A DNA stretch of 64,000 nucleotides, taken from NCBI GenBank assembly GCA_002269645.1, contig NIVC01000151.1:186001-250000 (forward strand), given 5' to 3'. The DNA comes from Macrostomum lignano (lineage: Eukaryota). Shown piece after piece: positions 24,267 through 36,816 of the stretch. The first letter of the stretch is position 1; each line of letters opens with the position of its first letter. A program made the position numbers and the translations under genes. The notes under the pieces were generated by a model that worked only from the letters and a program-made list of their open reading frames with translations, made no database searches and was not told the DNA's origin.

Positions 24267-24840
24267 TGAGGGTCATCCCAAAAGTTCTCTATATCATTGA
24301 ATTACTCCTACAAACTGGAACCAATTTTGAAGAAAGTGCACACAAACTTGCACCAATATCTGCACACAACATAGATGAATTTTCATGAAAAAATCTCAAT
24401 GCAATTAGAAATAACAAGCTGGGGTTGTCCAACACCTTTAGAGCAAATGGATAGCTCTTATATTGAATTATTAAACTGGCATAGTGCAGCTGATGCAGCA
24501 TCATTGACCAGTCATGTGAGTCAGCCAATCAGTCAGGAATAAATGATGGAATTCTTATCAAGTTCATTTACTCTTTTGCTTATGACACTTGCCTATTCAG
24601 TTGGTGATGCTGCATGAGCTGCACTTTGCTAGTTTAAGAAGTCAATTTGAAAGCTATCTACTTGCTCTGAAGGTGTTGGACAACTCAGCTTGTTATTTTT
24701 AATTGCATTGAGATCTTTCATGAAAATTCATCAATGTTGTCTGTAGATATTAGTGCAAGTTTGTGTGCAGTTTTTTTCAAAATTTTTATTAGTTTGTAGG
24801 AGTAATTCAATGATATATAGAACTTTTGGGATGACCTTGA
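24267..24840. mobile_element. Mariner/Tc1-type foldback MITE with ~250-bp imperfect inverted arms
   Basis: TA|TGAGGGTCATCCCAAAAGTTCT at the left and AGAACTTTTGGGATGACCTTGA at the right; the arms stay complementary inward; non-coding. Confidence 0.75.
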
Positions 24841-24929
24841 TGGGTATCTAAAATTTCAGACAATGAAAAAATCAATTTGTTAGCAAGTCTAATATTTAAA
24901 AACAATTTTTTCATGCTTTCAATATTTAA

Positions 24930-27393
24930 CCTTTTCAAGCCTGAATTCCTAAATAGAAAGCTCCGTTCCTGCCGGCATGGTCAGCAGAGCTGACCATAGA
25001 CTATTTCAAGTTTTCAGTGAACTGAATTGCACTGCCACTCCTGCCAATAAGCCAGCCATCGCTGGTCTAATCTAGGGTTGAAGGAGAATGTACATTTGGA
25101 ATGGGTTGCACACACGCTTATCAAAACTGTACAAGACTGGCCATAGACAGTCCAGTTTTAGTATATTAAGGGCTGTGCCAAATTCTGTACAATTCTATTC
25201 ATGTAATTCAAATCAATCCAAATATGGATATTCTGTTGACTTCCAACTCCGAAAGTGACGCTAGAATAGCGGAGAACTCCGAGTCGTCTGAGTCAGTCAC
25301 TATCAGCGAAGTAGAAGTTGATTGGCAGTTTGTGGAGCCAGGCGAAGACATTGTTGAAGACGGCCCCAGTTTCACTGGAATTTCGGGTGTAAACCCCAGC
25401 ATTGTCCTTCCCGAAGACCGTGAAGACATCCAATATTTTCTACGACTGTTTCTAACCGATGAGCTGCTGGATAAGATCGTGGAGTGGACAAATGCAAAAG
25501 CTTGGGCTGAGTATGAGCAGGCGACACATGATGGAGAAGATGTTTCGAGCTTGCTGAAGTCATGGAAGGACACAAACCGCAGTGAGATATCCAAGCTGTT
25601 GGGTATGTACCTGTTCATGGGCATCTCACGGAAGCCGGAACTGCATGATTACTGGAGCACCAGTGTCATTCACAGTACTCCGTTTTTTCAATTGCCCAAT
25701 GGCTTGACCCGTGACCAATTCAAGCAGCTGCTGGCCTTCCTTCATTTCTACGATGCACGAGCACCCGCCTCGAACGACCCACTGCACAAGATTCGGCCGC
25801 TGCTCCGTCTGGCTCAGCAGCTCTGCGCGAATGTGTACCAGCCGGAGCAGCAGGTCAGCGTCGACGAGTCCCTGATTCTGTACAAGGGGCGCCTTCAGTT
25901 TAGGCAGTACATCCCATCGAAGAGAGCCAGAGTTGGAATTAAAATGTACTGCGCCTGTGAGTCTGCATCTGGCTACCTGTATAACTTTCTAGTACATTCG
26001 ACTGCTGAAGAGAACTCTCATTTTGGCAATGACCTCGGTTGTGACCAGCTGTCTCTAAGCGAGAAAATCGTAGTGCACCTTTGCAAGGACCTGCTCGGTT
26101 TCGGCTATCACCTTTTCGTCGACAAGTGGTTTGCCTCAGTACAGCTTGCGACTTTTCTGTACAAACGCAGCACACTGCTGACAGCAACTGTTCGAGCCGA
26201 CCGTGGAGTGCCGTTGGCATTGCGCAGTCAGCAGGTGCCGTTGAATGACGTAGTTTTCATGAGGAAGCTGCCAGTGCTGGCCATGAAAATCCTGGAGCGC
26301 AAGGAAAGCGGCTTGAAAACATTCTTCATGATCGACACCCACGGCTCAGCTCAGAAAGTAGCGACGAACTGAATTCGCAAGAATGGTGAAGCTGTGCAAG
26401 TGCAGAAAAGCGCCTCGAACCTGCTGTACAACCGCTGCATGGGAGGCGTTGACCGACTCAATGCCATGCTGAAACCGTACGACAGCTGCCGCAAAACCTA
26501 CAAGTGGTTTCATAAGTTGGGGTTTCATCTCTGCCTGCTGCTTGTACACAATGCATGGGTTGTATACTCAAAGCACGGTGGCCGGCTGCAGTTCTTCAAA
26601 TTCCTGGAGAGCTGTATCACCCTACTGGTTGACTCCACGGGACCAGGAAGACAGCGAACGGCAGCTAGGCAACCAGCGGCGGCCGCAGCTCAGCAGCACT
26701 TTCCATCAAAGCTGCCTCCAAGGGAATCGTGCCCGAGGCCAGTGAAGCGATGCCGCGTGTGCTACCGCAACGGCACTGCGAAGCGCACCGTGTTCTGCTG
26801 CAGTGCGTGTCCGAATGCACCTGGACTGTGCCCAAGTCCCTGCTTTGAACGGTGGCATGTGAATCACTGAATTAAAGAACTCCTTTCACCAGCCATACTA
26901 TATAATTCGCGTTTGTATTCGGCATTGACTATTAATTTTTTACCTTTATGTTAAGACAAAAATAATTAAATGTCCAACTGCGGCACTCTACCACAATATT
27001 GTTCCCTGTATTATTATATGCTACTATACGAGCGTACATGTAGTTGCATCTCAAAATCATAAATTTTTTGTTGCTTTTGGACAAATATCTTCTTTTGCTT
27101 GAACTTTAACTTTAACTTTCCCTTTAACTTTATAGTTCGAAATTAATTCAACAATAAACTGCATCTTTCTTCTGTGCCATTGTTAGTACATGAAATTTGC
27201 TCTAGTGGTTGCTACAGAGTGCTACAGACTGAGTGAGTGCGCTATTTATTCCATGGTCAGCTCAGCTGACCATGTTCGGCAGGAAAGGAGCTGCAATTCT
27301 GCGCCTCACTGGCCATAGACTACCAATTTTTTTTCTTGTCACCTTCTATTCTATGGCTATGGTCAGCTCTGCTAGCCACCCGGCATCTAAGGG
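24930..27393 (+). mobile_element. piggyBac DNA transposon (right end clear, left end uncertain)
   Basis: Right end ...ATCTAAGGG|TTAA at 27393; subterminal inverted repeat 24959-24997 versus 27253-27292. Left TTAA-CC candidates at 24930 or 23594. Confidence 0.75.
25224..26870 (+). pseudogene. piggyBac (PGBD-type) transposase interrupted by one in-frame TGA at 26370-26372
   Basis: DDD motifs SVDESL, FVDKWF and GGVDRL; C-terminal Cys-rich domain RCRVC...CSAC...LCPSPCFERWH. ORFs 25224..26372 and 26394..26870 share one frame. Confidence 0.88.
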
Positions 27394-28676
27394 TTAAACT
27401 TTGAATTGAATTCCCCCCATGGGTGCTTAATGTGCTAGTATGAACTAATTCTTGACTATATAAGTATTACTTAATTCATTGATTTTACTATATATTAATA
27501 GTTTTTTTTTACTTTTAGCTATGCTTGCTAGTATTATTAGAACAATCTTCTTGTTCAATGTTAATAATCAATTATTAACTTTCAATTATCAAATAAAGAA
27601 TTTTATTTTCTTACTTTATACTACTTTAGTAGCCATTTATATGTTTTTTCTCTATCACCTATTACCATATTACCTATTTTTCCCTAGTACCTAATAAATC
27701 ATAAATTGCTTAGATAGCATTTCTTTTAGTGTTAGCTTAAAAGATGAAAAGCAAAAACAGTGCATTATAAAGTTAGTTTTATAAAAAATACCTAATTCAT
27801 ATATGTTCTATATTAACATTAATAGATTATTACTTATTAATATTCAATTAATTTTTAATTTAACAAAATCAATTGTTAATAAGTTAAGATTTTGTTTTAA
27901 AGCTTATGCTCTGGCTAGTAATACACATGAAGATTTTTATTAGTGTCCAACATTGGGATTATATTTTCTTGAAATTAAAAAAATGTTTTGGAATTTGGCT
28001 TTATAAAATATAAAGATATAAGATAAGAAAATTTAAGTTGAAAAAGATATATACATCCACAACCTTAGGAATCACCTGGCTGTTTCTATTAGCAACATAT
28101 ACATGTAAGTTGCTATTGGCTAAGAGCAGTCATGTGACTACTATTCCATCCAATAGTGACTTACCATCCAATAGTGACTTACTATTGGATGGAATGTGTG
28201 TGTTGCCAATAAAAACAGCTAGGTGAATCCCTAGGTTGCGCCTAAGCATAGAAATGGCCAAGTGAATCCCAAGGTTGTGCCTAAACATAAAAAGATAAAT
28301 AAAGGCAATTACATTGGTGTATATCAGTCATCAACTCACTTTTATTATAAAATATTACAAAAAGTAATATTACAAAAATATTTAGACAAAGGCAGTTGAT
28401 TTTGTTATACTGACTATATAAATAGTAAGATAGTCATTTTTACAATCAACATATCAAATAAATATCATTTAAATTAAGTAACAAACTTGCATAATTGCAG
28501 TGCAAATTAAAAACATAACTTATTAAAGAAAAAATTATTAAATTTAAAAAATAAAATAGATTATCAATATATTAATACAATGGTAAATTCTAGTTCTAGT
28601 AGTTTTTATTACCAACTTTAGCTAGGCTCTAGCTTATTTTACATATTCGTTAATAATTTATATAAATAATTTTTTC

Positions 28677-29603
28677 TAGTGTTCCGCCATAGCTATGGCA
28701 AATATGGTAAAATAGATGCCTAAAGCAGCTATGGATATGCCTACGGTAGCTAGCTGATCTTATAGCTACGACTACAGAAATATGATAGTTGCTGCCACAT
28801 TCTGTAGATTCCCAAAGCCATAGTTATTAATTTTAAAAATTTGAAACAGGCAGAGTAAAACAAAGATACTGTAGTAAACTGTATTATCAACTTAAAAAAC
28901 TTAAGAAATAGACTTAATAAAGTACAATAAAACACTAGAAAACTCTAATTTTTATTATTGTGAAAAAGTTCAGCATTAGTACTTTCAGTAGCAAATAAGT
29001 ATTGTTGCACTGTAAAAAGACAAAATATAATCTTACAAAGGCAATCAAGTGTTTCTTTTATTTTCTAACTTAATTTGCAGTTGTTTAAGTAAGGTTATCT
29101 TGATTCAAAATATTTTGTTTTCTAGACTTTTTGGTAAAACTATGGCTATGGCCATACATGCGCAATAGTTGGCCGAGTCGGCCGATCTGGCCGACCGATT
29201 TGGCGGCCAACCAAGGAAGTTGCAAAAATGCCCACCTAAAAAATACCAAAGTAGTAGTACTAAGTAGCTGATAAGGCATTTTGACTTTATAAGACAGTCA
29301 TAGTTACTCTTGCCGTTTACCCAAAGTTGCGTTAATTTTGCGTTAGGGTTTTTTTACATGTAAGTCGCATTTTTGGCCAAAAACTATCTCGCATTTTTGG
29401 CCAAAAACTATGTCACATTTTTGTTAAAACTAAGTTGTATGGCCGACCGAATTTTGGAGGTTGGGCATGTATGGCTATGGCTATGGGAACTATGAGAATA
29501 TGGTAATATTGGGGTCTATATGGCTATGGAATACAGAGAATTGAAATAAGCCATAGTTTTGCTTACAGCTATAGCTATGGACCCTTTTTATGACGAAACA
29601 CTA
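28677..29603. mobile_element. Older hAT-type non-autonomous element hosting a nested MITE
   Basis: Ends TAGTGTTCCGCC / GACGAAACACTA (imperfect TIR); flanks ATTTTTTC / ATTTCTTC (7/8 TSD match); internal CTATGG/CCATAG motifs. Confidence 0.55.
29153..29473 (+). mobile_element. hAT-type MITE, copy 1 (CATACATGCGCAA TIR)
   Basis: 13-bp TIR; perfect 8-bp TSD GCTATGGC on both sides; homologous to 60172-60470 and 60494-60782. Confidence 0.88.
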
Positions 29604-32600
29604 ATTTCTTCCCTTATATGATCTCAATGCCTATAAGAATAGCCCTTTTGATTTTTACACATAGTGATTTTACTATAGTTTTGCAATATATATGGTTACA
29701 TTAAGTCCATAGCCAGGATCATAGCATACCTATGCTGAAACAAATCCTATAAAAAAATTTGATTGCACCATATGCTAGAACAAATCCAATAAAAAAAATT
29801 ACTTTTGCCATGCGCCAAAACTATTCTTATCAAATAAGTCTACTTAATACAATATAGGCCTACTAGAACTTTTTTTTAAAAGAAACATAAAAACACAAAT
29901 ATAAGTATTTTCCCCATTTGAAAAAATGCTAGTAAAACTTATATTTAAATCTGTTTCATAGAAAATAATCATTGTTAACTGTGTTGGATTTTCTTTCTTG
30001 CCTGTTATTATGACAAAATGCACTGGCATGGTGCATACCCAATCTCTTTTTATACCAGAATTTTCTATGAAAAAGGCCATCTTCTTGACTTGACTATGGC
30101 ATAAAGTTTAAAACCATAGGCCTAGATAGTCTTACAACATTATGTCTTGACAATATAAATAATAGTTTTGTTATTTATATTGGCCAAGTCACTGTTATTG
30201 TTAACATAAATCTGACTTAGACAAAATGATTGCAATGTTTAAGCATTAAGCAATTTAAGGCATAATAGGCCTAGGTAAAATGCATTACAAAATTGTAGAA
30301 AATTAAATTTAAGATATGAAAAGATCCATGACTTTTTTAATACTTGACAAATTTTCAAAAGAAGAATTTAATTAGGCTATATGTATAAATTAATTAAAGT
30401 AAATTAGGCAATTCTACACTTCTGTTCGGTAAATTATCCATTTATAGTAAGTTACTTTGTAACTCTTTTATTTTAATCTGCAAATTAAAGCCTACTTGCA
30501 TAGCAATAAGCTATCTAAATTAGGCTTACAGACAACAGAAATGAGAAGCAATCCTGAATCCTAGTCATAGGGCCTATACTTATACTTAATACTTAATAGT
30601 TTTTGTCCAACTGGTCTTGGTAAGAGCTATTAGTATTATAACCATTAGTATTATATTAGGCAAAAAGAATACTTAAAATAAATTACTTGTGATAGTAATA
30701 TAAAATAAACAACCAATCAATAGAGAATGCAATTTTATTAAATACTAGTTTTAACGAACTTACACGTTATGCATTAACTCGGCAATATATTTTATAACAA
30801 CAATTGATTAAAAGTCTTTCAAAACGAAGTTTAAAATAAAACTTAGTTGTTTTTGTATTGCATTTTTAGGCAAACTAAAAATAAGATAAAATTAAAAAAA
30901 AACTTACCAAAAGAAAATTTACTTTTATAAATCTTACAAACTTTTACTATACACGTTTTTTGTTTACTGCAAATAAATTTTTAAAAGTAAAAAATCTAGC
31001 TATTTTTTAGAAGCTTGTCATTATGGGTGCATGATGAAGTGATGATTACGAACGAACTTCATTTTAAAGAAAATTAGATATTAGAAATTCACTGCCTCAC
31101 TACTAGACTCACTACTAGACTAAAACCACTGAGGTCATCTCCTAGCGGCGAGAAAGGGAAGGAATGAGAAATAAAATTAGACAATTTACTTCAAACAGTA
31201 TAAGTTTTGTTTTGGCAACTCGAAAGAGCCTAAAGACAAGAGGGCCCAGTGATGAGTGATGACTGATGAGGATGAGCTAGCTAGGGGGCTTTGGCTATGA
31301 CATGTGATGTGATTAGAGTAGCTTTTAGTAAAAATTCACGCTTTTTTGCAGTAAAAAATTGCAAATAGTCGCTGTATGCCTAGCCTAGATCCATTCAATT
31401 GCACGCATCTTTTGTGTATTTTTTCAACCAAGCCTAGGCCTAAGGCCTAATAAATAGGCCTACTAGAAAAGATTTTTAAATTGCAGTTGTTGCTGTGACT
31501 ATTACAAATAGCAAGATGGTTTTTTATATTCAACAATCAACACTTAAACAAGTATGCTCATACTAGGGACTTCAGTGAGTTATAAGAAGTGCGTGCCAAT
31601 GGCAAAAAAGTAAGAAAAAAGTTCAATTTTTCAAGGGCGATTTTAAAGAAACTATAGAAGCCAGGATGAAAGTAAAATATGCATTTAAAAGGTAAAAAGG
31701 AGCTCTTTCAAATGACACCAACTGCAAGTCTAGCTTTGTTATACTTTTTGCACTGTCTATTTTTAAAGTTGACCATTTTTTAGGAGGAATATAAAATTGA
31801 AGCCAAAATGAATAAAAAAACAGTGGTTCAGAAAATGCTTTTTCTTAGCTGCAATGTGTTTCTTATAATGGAAACAAAGGTTTTATAGTGTAAAGGGATA
31901 ATTTAGAAACATTTTTCTGGTGTTAAAAAAAAATTTTTTTTTCTTTTAATGCCCATATGGCTCTATGCAAAATTTCAAATCCAAAATTTTCCATGAAATC
32001 CTTTTCCTGCATTGTTTCTCTTTATATTTTTCATTACCTATTGACAATACAAGCACAGTAAAAAAACGCTTGCCAATAGCTATAGGCGCAAAAATTTTGT
32101 GGAGGTTTCTTTTTTTGATACGTTTACATGTAAAATACCCATTGAAACGTGTATTTCGTGTTTTTTGTGAGACTCTGCCTTCCGGCAAACTAGTTCTCTG
32201 TGTCATTTAACTAATTCTGCTATGCTGAACACGATAGGCAAAACCGTTTTTTAATAAACCCATGCACAAAGCCTGTAGAGCACATTACATTGCAGTTGGG
32301 GTGTCTGTCATGCATTAAAAATTTAGGGCAAGAAGTAGAATAGTATTATAGTAGGTAAAAACCTGAACAAAATGACACTAGCCTTGTATAAATTAAGCAA
32401 GCAGAACAGATGCTATTGTATTTTTAAAATTGCAATCATTGCGTATCTGGTTAAAATAGTCAAAATTTCATACACCCATCCTGTTTCAATTAGCTTAGCA
32501 ACTTGGGCATATAAAATAATATTAAAATATATAATTCATACAATTAACACTAAAAAACTGAACAAAATGACACCAAGCACAGTCATTTTGGTTGGCTAGA

Positions 32601-33364
32601 AAATTAATTACAAGTGTTCAAAGACAAAAAGCCAACTTTTTGGCCAAAAATGATCACAAACCGTAATGTAAAAATTCCATTGGCTAAAGGCACAAATCGG
32701 GGTTACTAAAATAGCTGTAGTTTCCTTATTACTCAACCAAATCACTAAAGTTTGGCCATTTTGGAAATGGGAAAGTAAGATCTATCTAGTGAAATAGCAG
32801 CCTATAACAATTTCTGAAATTTAATTTTCTCACTGAAGTGCCTACTCATACTATCTAGGCTACTTTTAAATAGTGTAGCTTTGCCTAGGCCTATTATTTT
32901 TGTAGTCACTATACTAGGCCCTAGTATATAGGGCCTAACTAAAAAGCAAAATGGCTATTTTTTATAGCTATTGGAAGTTAGAACTTGCACTTGGAATAAA
33001 TTTAACAGGCCTAACATTCATAAGTTAGGCCTAGCTAGCTAAGGACTAAGGTCAATAACAAGAACCATATAAAGTTAGCCTAACATTGTAATATTGTATC
33101 AATATATTTAAAATGTTTCTTTGTTTTTAATTACTAGGTCTATATTTACATAGCCTACATTGCATGTTTGTTACTTAGAAGTTATTTAGAAAGTAGGCCT
33201 ACATTTTTTTGTGTTAACCATAAAAATAACTATTTTTGCTATTATAATTATATTCACTAAGGCCCTCTATATACCTTAGGCTTATTTTCTTATAGTTTCA
33301 GTATGTGCCATATAGTTCAATATAAAAGTATGCCTTTAATAGGCCTAGGCTTTTTGTTTTAAGT

Positions 33365-33775
33365 TTTCATTCAATCCAAGCTATCCTCCAATCCAAAGCG
33401 CTGCCCAACTGCCAAAGGGCTTGGCTGTAGCCTAGCAGGCAGTGGTCAAAACCATCCTGCTAGGCCTATACAATGCCAAGACATGGACGCTGACAGCTAC
33501 GCTAGAGTGGCAGCTGGACTTGGCGCACTCAGGGTTGCTCTGTGTAACCTTTCAGGTTGATGAAAGGATTGGGACTGAGGCCTTGTATAATCGGGCCAAG
33601 CTGCAGCGCCTGTTCATCATTCTGTGCTGGCAGCAACCTCAACTAGCAGGTCACATGATCCAGGCTGAGGGCTATTGCCCCTAACCTGTTTAGGACATCT
33701 TGCTGCTCACCTTGCATGGCCCATTTAGGCGGGGTTAGGCCTAAACCCATTGATACATGGACTGCCTGCTGTGCA
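33365..33775 (+). mobile_element. RTE-like LINE 3' fragment, decayed
   Basis: ORF 33442..33684 (VKTILL.LYNAKTWTLTATLE..LD.AHSGLL...QLAGH) resembles the C-terminal post-RT region of RTE-clade LINEs, with many Arg to Trp/Cys/Gln changes. Confidence 0.65.
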
Positions 33776-34430
33776 ATGTTAGTAGACTTTGTTCGCTCCC
33801 AGGCTCTGCAGCGTGCCATCTGACGCGCCCTGCTCTAACTGCAACTGTGCATGCAAGGTTGCATATTTTGTTGTTTGTTGTTGTTTTTGTTTAAAGGTTC
33901 TAATAGGCCCAAAAAGTTTAAAGCTTAACTTGGATAAACCTTTAAATGACAAAAGCAGAATTGGGAATTCTCTTTTAATCATTTGTTAAACTTTTTTTGT
34001 GTTTTTGTTTTTTATAGATACAAAAATATAAAATAGCTTTGTCCAATATGATATTGGTACTTAGGAGTATCTTAGTCCTATGCCAATGCTATAAACAAAT
34101 AAGCTAATCTAGTGATTAGCTAAATTAGTTGGACTTAAAAGAAAAGTATTGTATTTATTTTTTTATATTTATAGACTATAGTTAATTCTTGCTAAGTATT
34201 AAATTTATTATAATATTAATATATTTTAAGTAAGCTCTAAGTATCTCCAAGTAGGCTTGGTATCCTTCCTCTTTACAGTAGGCTTAGTATCACTTCCACT
34301 TTTTAGACTTGGTGCCTTCCTTTATAGTAGGCTTGCCCCTCTTTTATAGTAGACTTAGCATATTCCCTTTTATAGTAAGCTTGTTGCCTTCTTACCCTTT
34401 TATAGTAGGCTTGGTACCTACCCTCTTTTA

Positions 34431-34486
34431 TATACATGTGCAACAGTCGGCCGATCTGGCCAACCGATATGGCGGCCAACCAAGGC
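34431..34486 (+). mobile_element. Truncated copy of the CATACATG MITE
   Basis: TATACATGTGCAACAGTCGGCCGATCTGGCCAACCGATATGGCGGCCAACCAAGG matches the left end of the family. Confidence 0.7.
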
Positions 34487-35454
34487 ATGGCTTAGTAAGA
34501 TAGCAATAAGTATGGCATAGTATAAGTATACATGGCATAGATGTAGCACAGTAGTGTGGTCTGGTGTTAAGAGATATAGTGTCAGCAAGGTAGGAAAAGG
34601 TTTAGCTAAGGCTTAACCATTTTTAGTATATAGGATAGATTAATAAGCAGTCTAGTGGACAAAATGCTTATTTAGTTATTTCAAACAAATAGGCAACAGA
34701 ATATTTGGTAGCAGATGAATTGACTAGATATCTAACAATATACCTATGGCAAAAACTTTATAGGCTCCTTGATACATGCCATTTACATAACATATGATTG
34801 CCTAGGATTTAAGAACTAAATCTTATCTTAAGAACTAAATAATAATAAATAGCAATAATTGAATGTCAGAAGGCAAAACTAAATTGGCAATGTATCCATT
34901 TTTACTTTTTTAATAGAATAGATCTAATTGCTATATACCCCTTCGTCACATTTATAATATATCCTAATATGCCTATAAGCATAAGGCTGCTAGCCTAAGT
35001 GTCAGGTAAGACATTAATACATAATATTTTATATGACTTCAAGTTTCTAATATGTAAAAAAAGAAAGCAAAAAAATCAAATAATTTTTAAGTTACATAAT
35101 TGTTTGTAATTTTTACTTAATTTTGTTTACTTTTACTAATTACTAATAATGCTGGGTGTAGGCCTAGGCTATAGCATAGGATGAATGTCTGTATGTTTTC
35201 TACAATGAGGTATTGAAACATTTTGTGATTGTTTTTATCATTTTTAGAAATAAAAAAAAACAATTTACGAGTGTAATAATTGCTTTGCCTCATAAATGCC
35301 AGTGGGACACTCCTAAAGTAAATTTGTTTATTCAAAATGTGAATGCAAGAAATTGAGTTCAAAGTTACTTCTCTATAAACAATGCATGCTGAATTTTGTA
35401 ATGTAAGCAACATCACTTTTACCAGCAGCAAAACATTGTCAATTGAGCTTGGAA

Positions 35455-35512
35455 ATGAGCTTTAGCAGTGATGAAGTCAACTTTCTTATCTATCGTTACC
35501 TGCAGGAGTCGG
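35455..35512 (+). CDS. TBL1X: TBL1X/TBL1XR1 (ebi) exon 1 (LisH); full model 10 exons, 509 aa
   Basis: MSFSSDEVNFLIYRYLQES G|GTAAGT. Exon lengths 58+273+353+64+98+61+325+166+102+30 = 1530 nt, all phases compatible. Confidence 0.95.
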
Positions 35513-35583
35513 GTAAGTCCTTCGGCTGTTTAAAGTTTTCTTTGCTCGGTTTTAACTTTGCACCTGGCATTGCAACACGCCAG

Positions 35584-35856
35584 GCTATCTGCACTCGGCC
35601 TTCTTATTCGGTGTGGAAAGCCACATCTCCAGCACCAACATCAATGGCTCCATGGTGCCGCCGGCCGCTCTGCTGCAGATCATTCAGAAGGGCCTGCAGT
35701 ACACCGAGGCCGAGATCAGCATTGGCGAGGGCGGCTCCGAGCGAGTTGTGGAGTCTCTGTCCCTGATCGACTCCGTCATGCCGGAGGTGGTGGAGATGCG
35801 CAAGAAGCAGGTGGCCGAGGCTGAGAAATGCCGTGTTAGCGGCAGGCCGGGCGCTG
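35584..35856 (+). CDS. TBL1X: TBL1X exon 2
   Basis: [15 protein letters not shown]...[23 protein letters not shown]...[10 protein letters not shown]; CAG| acceptor, G|GTAAGT donor. Confidence 0.93.
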
Positions 35857-36044
35857 GTAAGTGCTGGGGTCAGGTGGTCCTGTGGCTGATGTCTGGTAGA
35901 TAATTGGAGCTACTTGTAGATGTACATGTTGTGTGGGTAGATAGTTAATGCCATCGCCTGGTAGTCAGCTTCGATTATCTGGTAGCAAAGTGACGTACAT
36001 GATAGTCAACTTTGGGTGGAATGTCCTATTTTAGTGCGAGTACC

Positions 36045-36770
36045 TGGTGTAGTGTCTGTCACTCCCTGGTCTAGTGTCTGTCACTGCCTGGTCTAGTGTC
36101 TGTCACTGCCTGGTCTAGCGTCTGTCACTGCCTAGTCTAGTGTCTGTCACTGCCTGGTCTAGTGTCTGTCACTGCCTGGTCTAGTGTCTGTCACTGCCTG
36201 GTCTAGTGTCTGTCACTGCCTGGTCTAGTGTCTGTCACTGCCTGGTGCAGTGTCTAACAGTGTCTAGTGCAGTGTCTGGTGTAGTGTCCGTCAGTGTCTG
36301 GTGCAGTGTCTGTCAGTGTCTGGTGCAGTGTCTGTCAGTGTCTAGTGTAGTGTCTAACAGTGTCTGGTTTTGTGTATGTCACTGCCTGGTGTAGTGTCTG
36401 TCAGTGTCTGGTGTAGTGTCTAACAGTGTCTGGTGCAGTGTCTGTCGGTGTCTGGTGTAGTGTCTGTCAGTGTCTGTCAGTTTCTAGTGCAGTGTCTGTC
36501 GGTGTCTGGTGTAGTGTCTGTCACTGCCTGGTGCAGTGTCTAACAGTGTCTGGTGCAGTGTCTGTCAGTGTCTGGTGTAGTGTCTAATAACAGTGTCTGG
36601 TGTAGTGTCTAACAGTGTCTGGTGCAGTGTCTGTCACTGCCTGGTGCAGTGTCTGTCAGTGTCTGGTGTAGTGTCTGTCACTGCCTGGTGCAGTGTCTGG
36701 TGTAGTGTCTGTCAGTGTCTGGTGCAGTGTCTGTCAGTGTCTGGTGCAGTGTCTGTCAGTGTCCGTCAAA
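36045..36770. repeat. ~22-bp minisatellite, TBL1X intron 2
   Basis: TCTAGTGTCTGTCACTGCCTGG grading into GTGCAGTGTCTGTCAGTGTCTG. Confidence 0.9.
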
Positions 36771-36816
36771 GTGTCTGATGGAGTGTCGGGCTATCGAGCA
36801 GCCCCATTGCCCTCAG

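Noticed and set aside
29153-29473. CATACATG MITEs as derivatives of the local hAT at 54645
   Set aside because: The TIRs and subterminal sequences are unrelated (CATACATGCGCAA versus CAGTGTTGCCA).
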